From: a virus
Taxonomy: Duplodnaviria > Caudoviricetes
Virus record (IMG/VR): IMGVR_UViG_3300032327_000953
Span: 96,001 to 160,000 of that record
DNA length: 64,000 nucleotides
Direction: 5' to 3' (one strand)
Position 1 is the first letter of the stretch; the number at the start of each line of letters is the position of its first letter. This document shows, in pieces, positions 28,413 to 35,345 of this stretch. Made by a program: the position numbers and the translations under genes. The notes below the pieces were generated by a model, which saw only the letters and a program-made list of their open reading frames with translations, was not told where the DNA came from and did no database searches.

Positions 28413-28869
28413 TTAAGTCTCCATGATCTAATTCCCAGTGGTGGTTGGGACAAAGAGCTATAAGATTATCTATCTTATTTATCTCTCCGACTGTTGCTGT
28501 TTTAGGGAATGATGAAATAGCTTTGATATGACATACTTCAAAGTGTTTATCGTACCCACAAATCATACAACATTCTGGTTTTCCAGACGATTTATAAATT
28601 TTTCTGGATAGATTTCTAATCCTAGAATTTTTTTGATATTTCCGAGTTTGGATAGCATCTCCATAAGTTATAGAATTCCAATCTTTATTCATTGGATTAC
28701 AATCTACGCAAAATTTTCTTCTAAAGAATCCAGTTTCTTTACCACAAGATGAGCAGTAATTGATTCTTTTTTTGCGTTTAGGTATTTTATTAGTGGTTTT
28801 AGCTGCACAAGATCTAGAGCAAAAATTTGGATTATTTGTTTCCTTGCCGCAATGTCTACAATTGATCAT
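28384..28869 (-). mobile_element. Freestanding HNH homing endonuclease 2
   Basis: CRHCGK...FCSRSC and CMICG...VCHIK...NLIALCPNHH. Its 3' end overlaps tRNA-Arg antisense. Confidence 0.85.
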
Positions 28870-28925
28870 ATTAATCTCCTAATAGAAAGTGAAACTACTT
28901 CTATATACACCAAAACATATTCGAT

Positions 28926-29007
28926 TCTAAATCCTTTGCCAGTAAGCACTTAGGGCAAACTCGGCGGGCCGGCCTTGTCGTAAGTCCTTATCTACCAACG
29001 ACTTGCA
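28926..29007. repeat. 82-bp double-palindrome element, copy 11
   Basis: tctaaatcctt-tgccagt-aagcacttagg / 24 bp / cgtaagtcctt-atctacc-aacgacttgca. Confidence 0.9.
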
Positions 29008-29035
29008 TCAAAAATAATTTTGTGAAGTTTTTCGC

Positions 29036-29064
29036 TTGACCTTGCCGATACTATAGTGTAGAAT
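29036..29064 (+). promoter_or_regulatory. Sigma70-type promoter with GCCGATA box
   Basis: TTGACC ttgccgatactatagtg TAGAAT. Confidence 0.8.
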
Positions 29065-29085
29065 CGGTAGACACAGGAGAAGAAC

Positions 29086-29790
29086 ATGAAAACTGCTGAT
29101 GGTAATGATAAGTTGGGTAAGGGTTGTATTGTGGTTTCGCGTCCGGTTGGCGATACTTGCCCGCCCGATTGCGACTATCTTGGTAATGGCTGTTATGCCG
29201 AAGCGACTGAGAATCAGTATAAAAATGCCCGCACTGCCGGGTTTGCTAATGTTATCACGGAGAAGAATAAAATCCGTGCCATGATTCTAGAAGCAAAGCG
29301 TCGTGAGAAGTCTATTCGCTGGCATGAGCGTGGCGACTGGTTTCTCAATGGCGAGCTTGATCTTGACTATGTTGCGAATGTAACGTGGGCTTGTGAGAGT
29401 ATTCTTGCCGATGGTAATACTCTGCCCGATATGTGGTTTTATACTCATATTTATGATTCCCGGCTTGTGAGTCTGGAAAAGTATATGAATGTATATGCTA
29501 GTATTCACGATGATAATGATATGGGTGAAGCACTGGCACAGGGTTTCAAAAAGTTTGCATGGTGTGATAGTGATATGAAGTTTGCTCCCAAGCGTCCCAA
29601 GAGCAAAGCAAAAGCCGAAGCATGGAGACAAGCACTGCCGAAGCTGGTTGTAATCAATGCTACAAAGTTTGTAGTATGTCCCGAAATCCGTCGTGGTCGT
29701 TCGGAAATCACTTGCACCGGCACTAAAGATAGTATATCATGTGACTTGTGTGTTCGTGGTTTAGGCAACGTATTATTCCCCGCCCATTGA
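29086..29790 (+). CDS. GP88-like (radical-SAM-like Fe-S) protein
   Basis: TCPPDC...GCYA cysteine triad, IRWHERGD, WFYTH, C-terminal CPE...C..C..C. Confidence 0.65.
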   Translation: MKTADGNDKLGKGCIVVSRPVGDTCPPDCDYLGNGCYAEATENQYKNARTAGFANVITEKNKIRAMILEAKRREKSIRWHERGDWFLNGELDLDYVANVTWACESILADGNTLPDMWFYTHIYDSRLVSLEKYMNVYASIHDDNDMGEALAQGFKKFAWCDSDMKFAPKRPKSKAKAEAWRQALPKLVVINATKFVVCPEIRRGRSEITCTGTKDSISCDLCVRGLGNVLFPAH

Positions 29791-29801
29791 AAGGATTTGG
29801 C

Positions 29802-30362
29802 ATGAGCTACGTTGGATTGTATGATGATGCAGGAAGTAAGAACGCTTTCTATATTATTAAGGACAAAAAGATTGGCCGTAAACGTGTGGGCTTCAAAGAG
29901 TTTGAGAATGAGCAAGAGGCACAGTTTGCCCATCGGGCTCAAAAGCATCTGGCACAGTTTGATTTGGCCCCTATGGTATATGGGGATGTTGGTATGATTC
30001 GTAGGCATGATGGTGAATTAACTTGTTATGGTTATTTAACCGAAGTTGCTCGACCTATGCCAGTATGTCATGACGATGATTGTGATGGTGAATGTTTTCA
30101 ATCGGAATGTAGTAATGGTATAACTATCTGTGAAGTAGTTTCCGATTTAAGTGAACAAGGTTTAGAATATAATGATTCCCACAAGGGTAATTTTGGTTAT
30201 GTTCGACGTAAGGGTTCATGGGTTCCGGTTGCTATCGACCTTGGGGTTGAGAGTTTTACTGAATGGGATGAAGATATTTATGGAGAGTTTGATTACGATG
30301 ATAACGATGGTTATGGAGAATGTAACTGTGTTCAATGTTGTATGTTTCGAGAGGAACAATAA
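29802..30362 (+). CDS. Protein kinase-like (APH/ePK fold) protein
   Basis: GFKEF (beta3 Lys), LAPMVYG, YLTE, catalytic-loop-like DSHKGN, DFG-like IDLG. Confidence 0.65.
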   Translation: MSYVGLYDDAGSKNAFYIIKDKKIGRKRVGFKEFENEQEAQFAHRAQKHLAQFDLAPMVYGDVGMIRRHDGELTCYGYLTEVARPMPVCHDDDCDGECFQSECSNGITICEVVSDLSEQGLEYNDSHKGNFGYVRRKGSWVPVAIDLGVESFTEWDEDIYGEFDYDDNDGYGECNCVQCCMFREEQ

Positions 30363-30592
30363 TGAGCAAATACTATATCAAATGTGGGACACTAGAACTA
30401 ATTTATTCCTGCAATAAATGTCCACGAGATGCTGCTATGGATGCAATATGGGAAACAAATGAAAATGATACGCTAGATGAACACTTCTATATAGATGAAC
30501 GTGGATATAAAGACTATGTTACTGCTGATGGACGAACAAAAGTATTACGCACTTCTCATATTCTAAAAGACGCAGGATGGAGTATTGAATAA
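30335..30592 (+). CDS. Hypothetical protein
   Basis: ORF downstream of the kinase gene; true start probably MSKYY. Confidence 0.55.
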   Translation: MLYVSRGTIMSKYYIKCGTLELIYSCNKCPRDAAMDAIWETNENDTLDEHFYIDERGYKDYVTADGRTKVLRTSHILKDAGWSIE

Positions 30593-30769
30593 TGTGGATT
30601 ATTATTGATGAGAAAAAAGTAAGACACTTGTGGGAATGTGCAGATTGCGAGGCTAGTGTTTATGTAGAACCTTGGTTCTATTCTGAAATGGGAACGCCTT
30701 TCTGTAAGGATTGTGAGAAAGATATGGAATATATAAACACGCAGATAGATATTGAAAAATAAGACTTGC

Positions 30770-30851
30770 CGCAAACCCTTGGTGTGTAAGCACTTAGGGC
30801 AAGCGCGGCGGGCCGGCTTTGACGTAAGTTGTTGCAGGATAAAGACTTAGG
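30770..30851. repeat. 82-bp double-palindrome element, copy 12
   Basis: cgcaaaccctt-ggtgtgt-aagcacttagg / 24 bp / cgtaagttgtt-gcaggat-aaagacttagg. Confidence 0.9.
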
Positions 30852-30939
30852 GAATTTCAGAAAAGTCCTAAAGTGTTGGGGGTGGTTGGCCGATAAATAT
30901 GGTATGAGAACGAGAAGGATATTGACAAGGACTGAGATT

Positions 30940-31299
30940 ATGATACAATGGATCGGGATTCTGATTACGATTGTGGGTTTGGCGTATACTGGTGTAAAAG
31001 ATTATCAAAAAGGTGATATTAAATTGTCCAGACTTCCACAAAAACAAGTCTTGACAAAACCAGTCTATCCGGTACAATACTGTCTGATGGCTTACGACCC
31101 TAATGTTGACAAGGTTTTTTACTTACACGAAAATGGACAATGGCATGATTACGCTCCACAACAACGACGATACCAGACCACGCCGCAACCATATCAAGAT
31201 CAAGGTGCGACCGCAGTGGCAAGTTCCTACGGGTCACAAGGAACACCGCAATACTATTATGGACAATCGCCCCAAGCGTCTGCGAACCCGATCCGCTGA
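30940..31299 (+). CDS. Membrane-anchored hypothetical protein
   Basis: MIQWIGILITIVGLAYTGV TM segment. C-terminus overlaps the next ORF in another frame. Confidence 0.5.
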   Translation: MIQWIGILITIVGLAYTGVKDYQKGDIKLSRLPQKQVLTKPVYPVQYCLMAYDPNVDKVFYLHENGQWHDYAPQQRRYQTTPQPYQDQGATAVASSYGSQGTPQYYYGQSPQASANPIR

Positions 31300-31333
31300 A
31301 AAGCGTAGGGCTTGCGACTATGGGGACTATTGA
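31145..31333 (+). CDS. Small basic protein
   Basis: MITLH...WQVPTGHKEHR...DNRPKRLRTRSAEKRR. Internal TTGACA/TACAAT promoter upstream. Confidence 0.55.
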   Translation: MITLHNNDDTRPRRNHIKIKVRPQWQVPTGHKEHRNTIMDNRPKRLRTRSAEKRRACDYGDY

Positions 31334-31349
31334 CTATAATAACCTGTTT

Positions 31350-31422
31350 GCCGATGTAACTCAGTTGGTAGAGTAGCAGTTTTGTAAACTGCCTGTCGTC
31401 AGTTCGATTCTGACCATCGGCT
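31350..31422 (+). tRNA. tRNA-Thr(UGU)
   Basis: gccgatg/catcggc acceptor; gcagt-tttgtaa-actgc. Confidence 0.92.
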
Positions 31423-31423
31423 C

Positions 31424-31494
31424 TCCGGGATGGTGAAACGGTATCACAAAGGATTTTGGTTCCTTTTTTCTACGTTCGAATCGTAGTCCCGGAA
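31424..31494 (+). tRNA. tRNA-Gln(UUG)
   Basis: tccggga/tcccgga acceptor; aagga-ttttggt-tcctt. Confidence 0.88.
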
Positions 31495-31505
31495 CTGTAA
31501 GATGA

Positions 31506-31577
31506 TGTCCGATAGCTCAACGGTAGAGTAGGCGGCTGTTAACCGCTTGGTTCTAGGTTCGAATCCTAGTCGGACAG
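31506..31577 (+). tRNA. tRNA-Asn(GUU)
   Basis: tgtccga/tcggaca acceptor; ggcgg-ctgttaa-ccgct. Confidence 0.92.
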
Positions 31578-31582
31578 CTTAA

Positions 31583-31671
31583 GGAAGAATGGCAGAGTGG
31601 TCTAATGCACCGGTTTACTAAACCGGAGATCCCTTAACCGGGGTCCGTGGGTTCGAATCCTACTTCTTCCG
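31583..31671 (+). tRNA. tRNA-Ser(ACU), unusual anticodon
   Basis: ggaagaa/ttcttcc acceptor, G discriminator, long variable arm, ccggt-ttactaa-accgg. Confidence 0.88.
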
Positions 31672-31672
31672 C

Positions 31673-31754
31673 TATAAATCCTTAACATATAAAGACTTAG
31701 AGCAAATCCGGCGGGCCGCGCTCAACGTAAGTTCTTTATCCATAACGACTTAGG
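31673..31754. repeat. 82-bp double-palindrome element, copy 13
   Basis: tataaatcctt-aacatat-aaagacttaga / 24 bp / cgtaagttctt-tatccat-aacgacttagg. Confidence 0.88.
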
Positions 31755-31811
31755 ATTTTCTAAAGAAATCACTTGACTCTTGACGATACATAGTGTAGAA
31801 TAGTCCAGCAC

Positions 31812-31887
31812 GGGGCGTAAGGTAAGCCGGTAGCATCCGTCACTCTTATAAGGTGATCATAGGTACGTTCGACTCGTACACGCCCTA
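31812..31887 (+). tRNA. tRNA-Ile(UAU), unusual anticodon
   Basis: ggggcgt/acgccct acceptor; tcact-cttataa-ggtga; T arm with ttcgact loop. Confidence 0.85.
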
Positions 31888-31916
31888 CTCGGAGGCTGAT
31901 GATTGAGTTACGAAAC

Positions 31917-31987
31917 ATTGGAGTAGTTCAACGGTAGAATGACGGTCTCCAAAACCGTAGATGAGGGTTCGATTCCCTCCTCCTTTG
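31917..31987 (+). tRNA. tRNA-Trp(CCA), acceptor stem with two mismatches
   Basis: acggt-ctccaaa-accgt; gaggg-ttcgatt-ccctc; acceptor attggag/ctccttt has two U-U mismatches. Confidence 0.75.
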
Positions 31988-31990
31988 CTT

Positions 31991-32062
31991 GGCCCCATTG
32001 TATAACGGCTAGTACGCCACCCTTTCACGGTGGAGATCGGAGTTCGATTCTCCGTGGGGTCA
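31991..32062 (+). tRNA. tRNA-Glu(UUC)
   Basis: ggcccca/tggggtc acceptor; ccacc-ctttcac-ggtgg. Confidence 0.92.
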
Positions 32063-32367
32063 TTTGTTTCTGCTAATCCTACGGATTTGGAAGCTGTGGA
32101 AGTAGTCAGCACGATTTTCTAAACCTTTACCACTTGACAAGTCGATAATAGTATGGTAGACTCTTGGAACAAGAAAGGAAACTTAACATGAAGAACCTTC
32201 GGATTTACGATATTGTCACCGAGGATGGTAGAACTCTGGCCGATATTCAACTATCCATGCAAGAGGATTTTGATTGGGCTGACGTATTCGACAAACTGTA
32301 TGATTTTACTACAGAAAATGTTGAAAGTTATTCCTATCAGGAAATCTCTGTAACTGAATAATAAGGC

Positions 32368-32440
32368 GGGCCTTTAGCTCAATTGGCAGAGCAAGGAGCT
32401 TTTAACTCTTAGGTTCGGGGTTCGAGTCCCCGAGGGCCCA
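32368..32440 (+). tRNA. tRNA-Lys(UUU)
   Basis: gggcctt/agggccc acceptor; aggag-cttttaa-ctctt. Confidence 0.92.
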
Positions 32441-32493
32441 CTTGACAGAGACAATTGTTGGTGTAGAATGTAGGAAAGAAAGGGAGTAAAAAT

Positions 32494-32667
32494 ATGAGAT
32501 ATGAAGATCATTATGACGGATACGATTATGACTATGATGAATTGGTAGAAAATACCGAGGATCTTGGTCTGGATGAAGAACCTTGGATGCAAGATGCCGA
32601 GGAAGATGATGAAGTTCCGTCTTATGGTAAGAATTATTATCCAAGTATTCAAGACGACGAAGATTGA
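32494..32667 (+). CDS. Hyper-acidic small protein (not in ORF track)
   Basis: MRYEDHYDGYDYDYDELVEN...IQDDED: 23 D/E in 57 aa. GGGAG RBS. Confidence 0.65.
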   Translation: MRYEDHYDGYDYDYDELVENTEDLGLDEEPWMQDAEEDDEVPSYGKNYYPSIQDDED

Positions 32668-32673
32668 TTTTTT

Positions 32674-32755
32674 GTGTGTGCTTCTAGGTGGGACTAGACC
32701 CTAATATATTATCCTTTCTTGTAACGGGTTGTTGGTTCAAATCCAACCACACACT
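32674..32755 (+). pseudogene. Degenerate or atypical tRNA-like element
   Basis: Perfect acceptor gtgtgtg/cacacac, D arm tcta/taga, T arm gttgg-ttcaaat-ccaac, but no foldable canonical anticodon arm. Confidence 0.55.
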
Positions 32756-32757
32756 TT

Positions 32758-33261
32758 ATGACTGCTTTTCAGGAAGAACTGGATGATTTTCGGCGTACCC
32801 CAGACGGTAAAATCATTCAAGGGGCTGCTCATACTAGCAAAATATTAAATCACAAGTATAGAAATAGTGTGATTATCAAGGCTATCTGTTCTCTGCGTAA
32901 GATTGAACAAGATTTTGATAGCATTGCTTGTTGTGGCGTAAGTGGTTTGATGGTTGTGCCACAAATTGCAGAGATTTTAAATAAGAATATTATAGTTGTT
33001 CGTAAAGGTGAGCGACGATATAGCGAATTCTTTATCGAAGGTGTTGCTCCGTCTAGTTATGTTATTGTGGATGATTTGATTTGTTCGGGTGGTACGGTTA
33101 AGCGTATTATGAATAATATTTATGATGATGTTCCGCGAGCAAAATGTATCGGTGCATATTTCTACATGGGTGAGGAGTGTGCCTACAACGCTTCCAATTC
33201 TAAACTTTTTGAGAAGCAGTTTGGGACGATCATCCTAAACCCTTACCAGCCAAAGACTTAG
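32758..33261 (+). CDS. Phosphoribosyltransferase-domain protein
   Basis: PRPP-binding motif VIVDDLICSGGT. Confidence 0.8.
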   Translation: MTAFQEELDDFRRTPDGKIIQGAAHTSKILNHKYRNSVIIKAICSLRKIEQDFDSIACCGVSGLMVVPQIAEILNKNIIVVRKGERRYSEFFIEGVAPSSYVIVDDLICSGGTVKRIMNNIYDDVPRAKCIGAYFYMGEECAYNASNSKLFEKQFGTIILNPYQPKT

Positions 33262-33315
33262 GACAAGGTGGGGCGGCCCCGGTCGCCTTAAGTCCTTATC
33301 TGTCAACAACTTACG
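33234..33315. repeat. 82-bp double-palindrome element, copy 14
   Basis: cctaaaccctt-accagcc-aaagacttagg / 24 bp / cttaagtcctt-atctgtc-aacaacttacg. Confidence 0.9.
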
Positions 33316-33343
33316 ACCTGCGGAATTTTTCCAAAGTTTTCGC

Positions 33344-33372
33344 TTGACACTGCCGATAATATAGTGTAGAAT
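33344..33372 (+). promoter_or_regulatory. Sigma70-type promoter with GCCGATA box
   Basis: TTGACA ctgccgataatatagtg TAGAAT. Confidence 0.88.
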
Positions 33373-33415
33373 CAGTGCATAAGAACGATTGAACAGCAAC
33401 ACGAAAGGGATGATT

Positions 33416-34366
33416 ATGGCTCATGCAGTTGAACAGATGATGTTTGTTGGTGCGACCCCGTGGCACGGTCTGGGCAATAAGCTCGACGAGGCTCCCACGG
33501 TTTCGGAGTCGATGACCGCTGCCGGTCTGGATTGGGAAGTCGGTCTGAAGGATTTGTTTACGGTGGACGGCCAGCCAGTTCCGGCCCGTGCTACCTATCG
33601 TAAGACTGACGACAGTATTCTGGGCGTTGTCGGCCCGCGATACACTCCGCTGCAAAACAGCGAAGCGTTTGATTGGTTCCAGCCGTTTCTGGACGCTGGC
33701 GAGTGCAATCTGCACACTGCCGGTTCGCTGCACAGCGGTCAGAAAGTTTGGGTTCTCGCCCAACTGAACCGCGATAACAGCGAGATCGTCAAGGGTGACG
33801 AAGTTTGCAAGTTTATCCTGCTGTCCAACAGCCATGATGGTACGACCGCGATCCGTGTCGGATATACTCCGATCCGTGTTGTGTGTGCGAACACGATGGC
33901 AATGGCCCACAGCAAGGGTAGTGGTTCCAAGTTGATCCGTATTCGTCACACACGTTCCAGCAAGAGCAATCTGGAAAACGTGCGAGATATTATGGATAAT
34001 ATCAATGCAGAGTTTGAGGCGACTGCGGAGCAGTTCCGATTTCTCGCGTCGAAGAACTTCAACCAGAATGACGTGCGTCGATACGTCAAGGTGATGCTCG
34101 ACATCGAAGGGACTGAGGATAAGGATATCAAGACCCGTACCCGCAACATCATGGATGAGATTCTCACCTTGGTGGAAGGCCCGAAGCAGAGTGCAACGGG
34201 TGTGCGTGGAACGTGGTGGGCCGCTTACAACGGCTTCAACGAGTACCTGAATTACAGCAAGGGTCGCACGACTGACAATCGTCTCGATTCTCTGTGGTTC
34301 GGCCAGAACGCCAACGATAACACGAAGGCTCTGGAAACCGCAATGAACTTTGCGAACGCCGTCTGA
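33416..34366 (+). CDS. DUF932-family phage/plasmid protein
   Basis: MAHAVEQM...TPWHGLG...AGLDWEV...LGVVGPRY.PLQN...TAGSL..G.KVW...NSHDG...RVVCANT...RHT. Confidence 0.88.
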   Translation: MAHAVEQMMFVGATPWHGLGNKLDEAPTVSESMTAAGLDWEVGLKDLFTVDGQPVPARATYRKTDDSILGVVGPRYTPLQNSEAFDWFQPFLDAGECNLHTAGSLHSGQKVWVLAQLNRDNSEIVKGDEVCKFILLSNSHDGTTAIRVGYTPIRVVCANTMAMAHSKGSGSKLIRIRHTRSSKSNLENVRDIMDNINAEFEATAEQFRFLASKNFNQNDVRRYVKVMLDIEGTEDKDIKTRTRNIMDEILTLVEGPKQSATGVRGTWWAAYNGFNEYLNYSKGRTTDNRLDSLWFGQNANDNTKALETAMNFANAV

Positions 34367-34390
34367 CCGGAGGGCTAAAACCCCACTCGT

Positions 34391-34472
34391 CGTAAGTCCT
34401 TTGCCCAAGGGGACTTATGGCGAGGCCGGCCGCGAGATTTCGTCCTAAGTTTAGTGCTGCCAAGGGTTTACG
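34391..34472. repeat. 82-bp double-palindrome element, copy 15 (last)
   Basis: cgtaagtcctt-tgcccaa-ggggacttatg / 24 bp / cctaagtttag-tgctgcc-aagggtttacg. Confidence 0.85.
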
Positions 34473-35150
34473 TCAATTTTGTCAAAGAATCTCATAAGTT
34501 CCCTATTCCCAAGGGGTTGCAATGACGATATAATGAATAGGACGCAAGTGCTTATCTGGCAAAGGGTTAGGATAAAATAGTAATAAGATTGTAATAATGA
34601 ATTGGATATTTTTCCATTTCTTATTTGTCTCGCCTAATCCAGCGGAATTACGGTCTTGGCGATAGTCAGCCGAAATACTGGTTATAATAACATAGCTCTC
34701 TGATCCTAAGTTCTTATGAGACAAGTAGTTGCGTCAAGAGCTAGGATGTGGTATACTTGACAGAGTAACAAGGATAGTAATAAGCTATGTAAAAAGTTTA
34801 TTATTATCATGAGAATGGAAATGTTAGGCTATTTGTTTAGTCTAAAGTAGTAGTCAGTGTAATCCTGGAGCCCTTTGTGATGCAGAAGGAAAGAATTATT
34901 GTGACTGATAAAAATAGACCAGATATTACCAGTGTCTATTGCCATCGGTTATTGGATGATATGGACTTTGATACATTGTACAATTTTGCTTATCAAATGC
35001 TGGTGGATAATAAGAGTGGATTGACTAATAAGATGTTGGAAGATCAAATTGTAGACTATTACCCTGACTTACTGGAGAATTAAATGTTAATTATTGTTAT
35101 AGCAGTCATTATGATTCTTTTGTTGGATTCTAAACGGTAAAGGAGACTTT

Positions 35151-35345
35151 ATGAACATTGATAAGATCATACGGAAATTTAAAAAGCTGGGTTTTGAGAT
35201 AGAGTATGGTGATGGTAGTATTGCTAAACTATATCCTCCTGACAAAACTAAGCCCTTCTATTCTTTGCATATTGGCGAGAAAGCTATTCATCCTCTTAGA
35301 CGTTTTGCTAAGAGTAATTGGGATATTGATATTAGAAATTTTTGA
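35151..35345 (+). CDS. HicA-like (dsRBD-fold) small protein
   Basis: IIRKFKKLGFEIEYGDGSIAKLYPP...SLH.GE resembles the HicA alpha-beta-beta-beta-alpha pattern. Confidence 0.5.
   Translation: MNIDKIIRKFKKLGFEIEYGDGSIAKLYPPDKTKPFYSLHIGEKAIHPLRRFAKSNWDIDIRNF

Noticed and set aside
31885-32652. Minus-strand ORFs over the tRNA cluster (31885-32112, 32374-32652, 32402-32644) and at 36898-37083
   Set aside because: Artefacts of antisense tRNA sequence.
33311-34408. 365-aa minus-strand ORF
   Set aside because: Antisense shadow of the GC-rich DUF932 gene, with no RBS or motif.
16742-34472. 82-bp repeats as a CRISPR array
   Set aside because: Copies are degenerate and separated by 0.9-1.8 kb of genes, not 30-40-bp spacers. 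No cas genes are present.
16742-34472. 82-bp repeats as ordinary intrinsic terminators
   Set aside because: They lack U tracts, the stems are imperfect and AT-rich, and the fixed 53-bp spacing suggests DNA-level protein binding. A termination role cannot be fully excluded.
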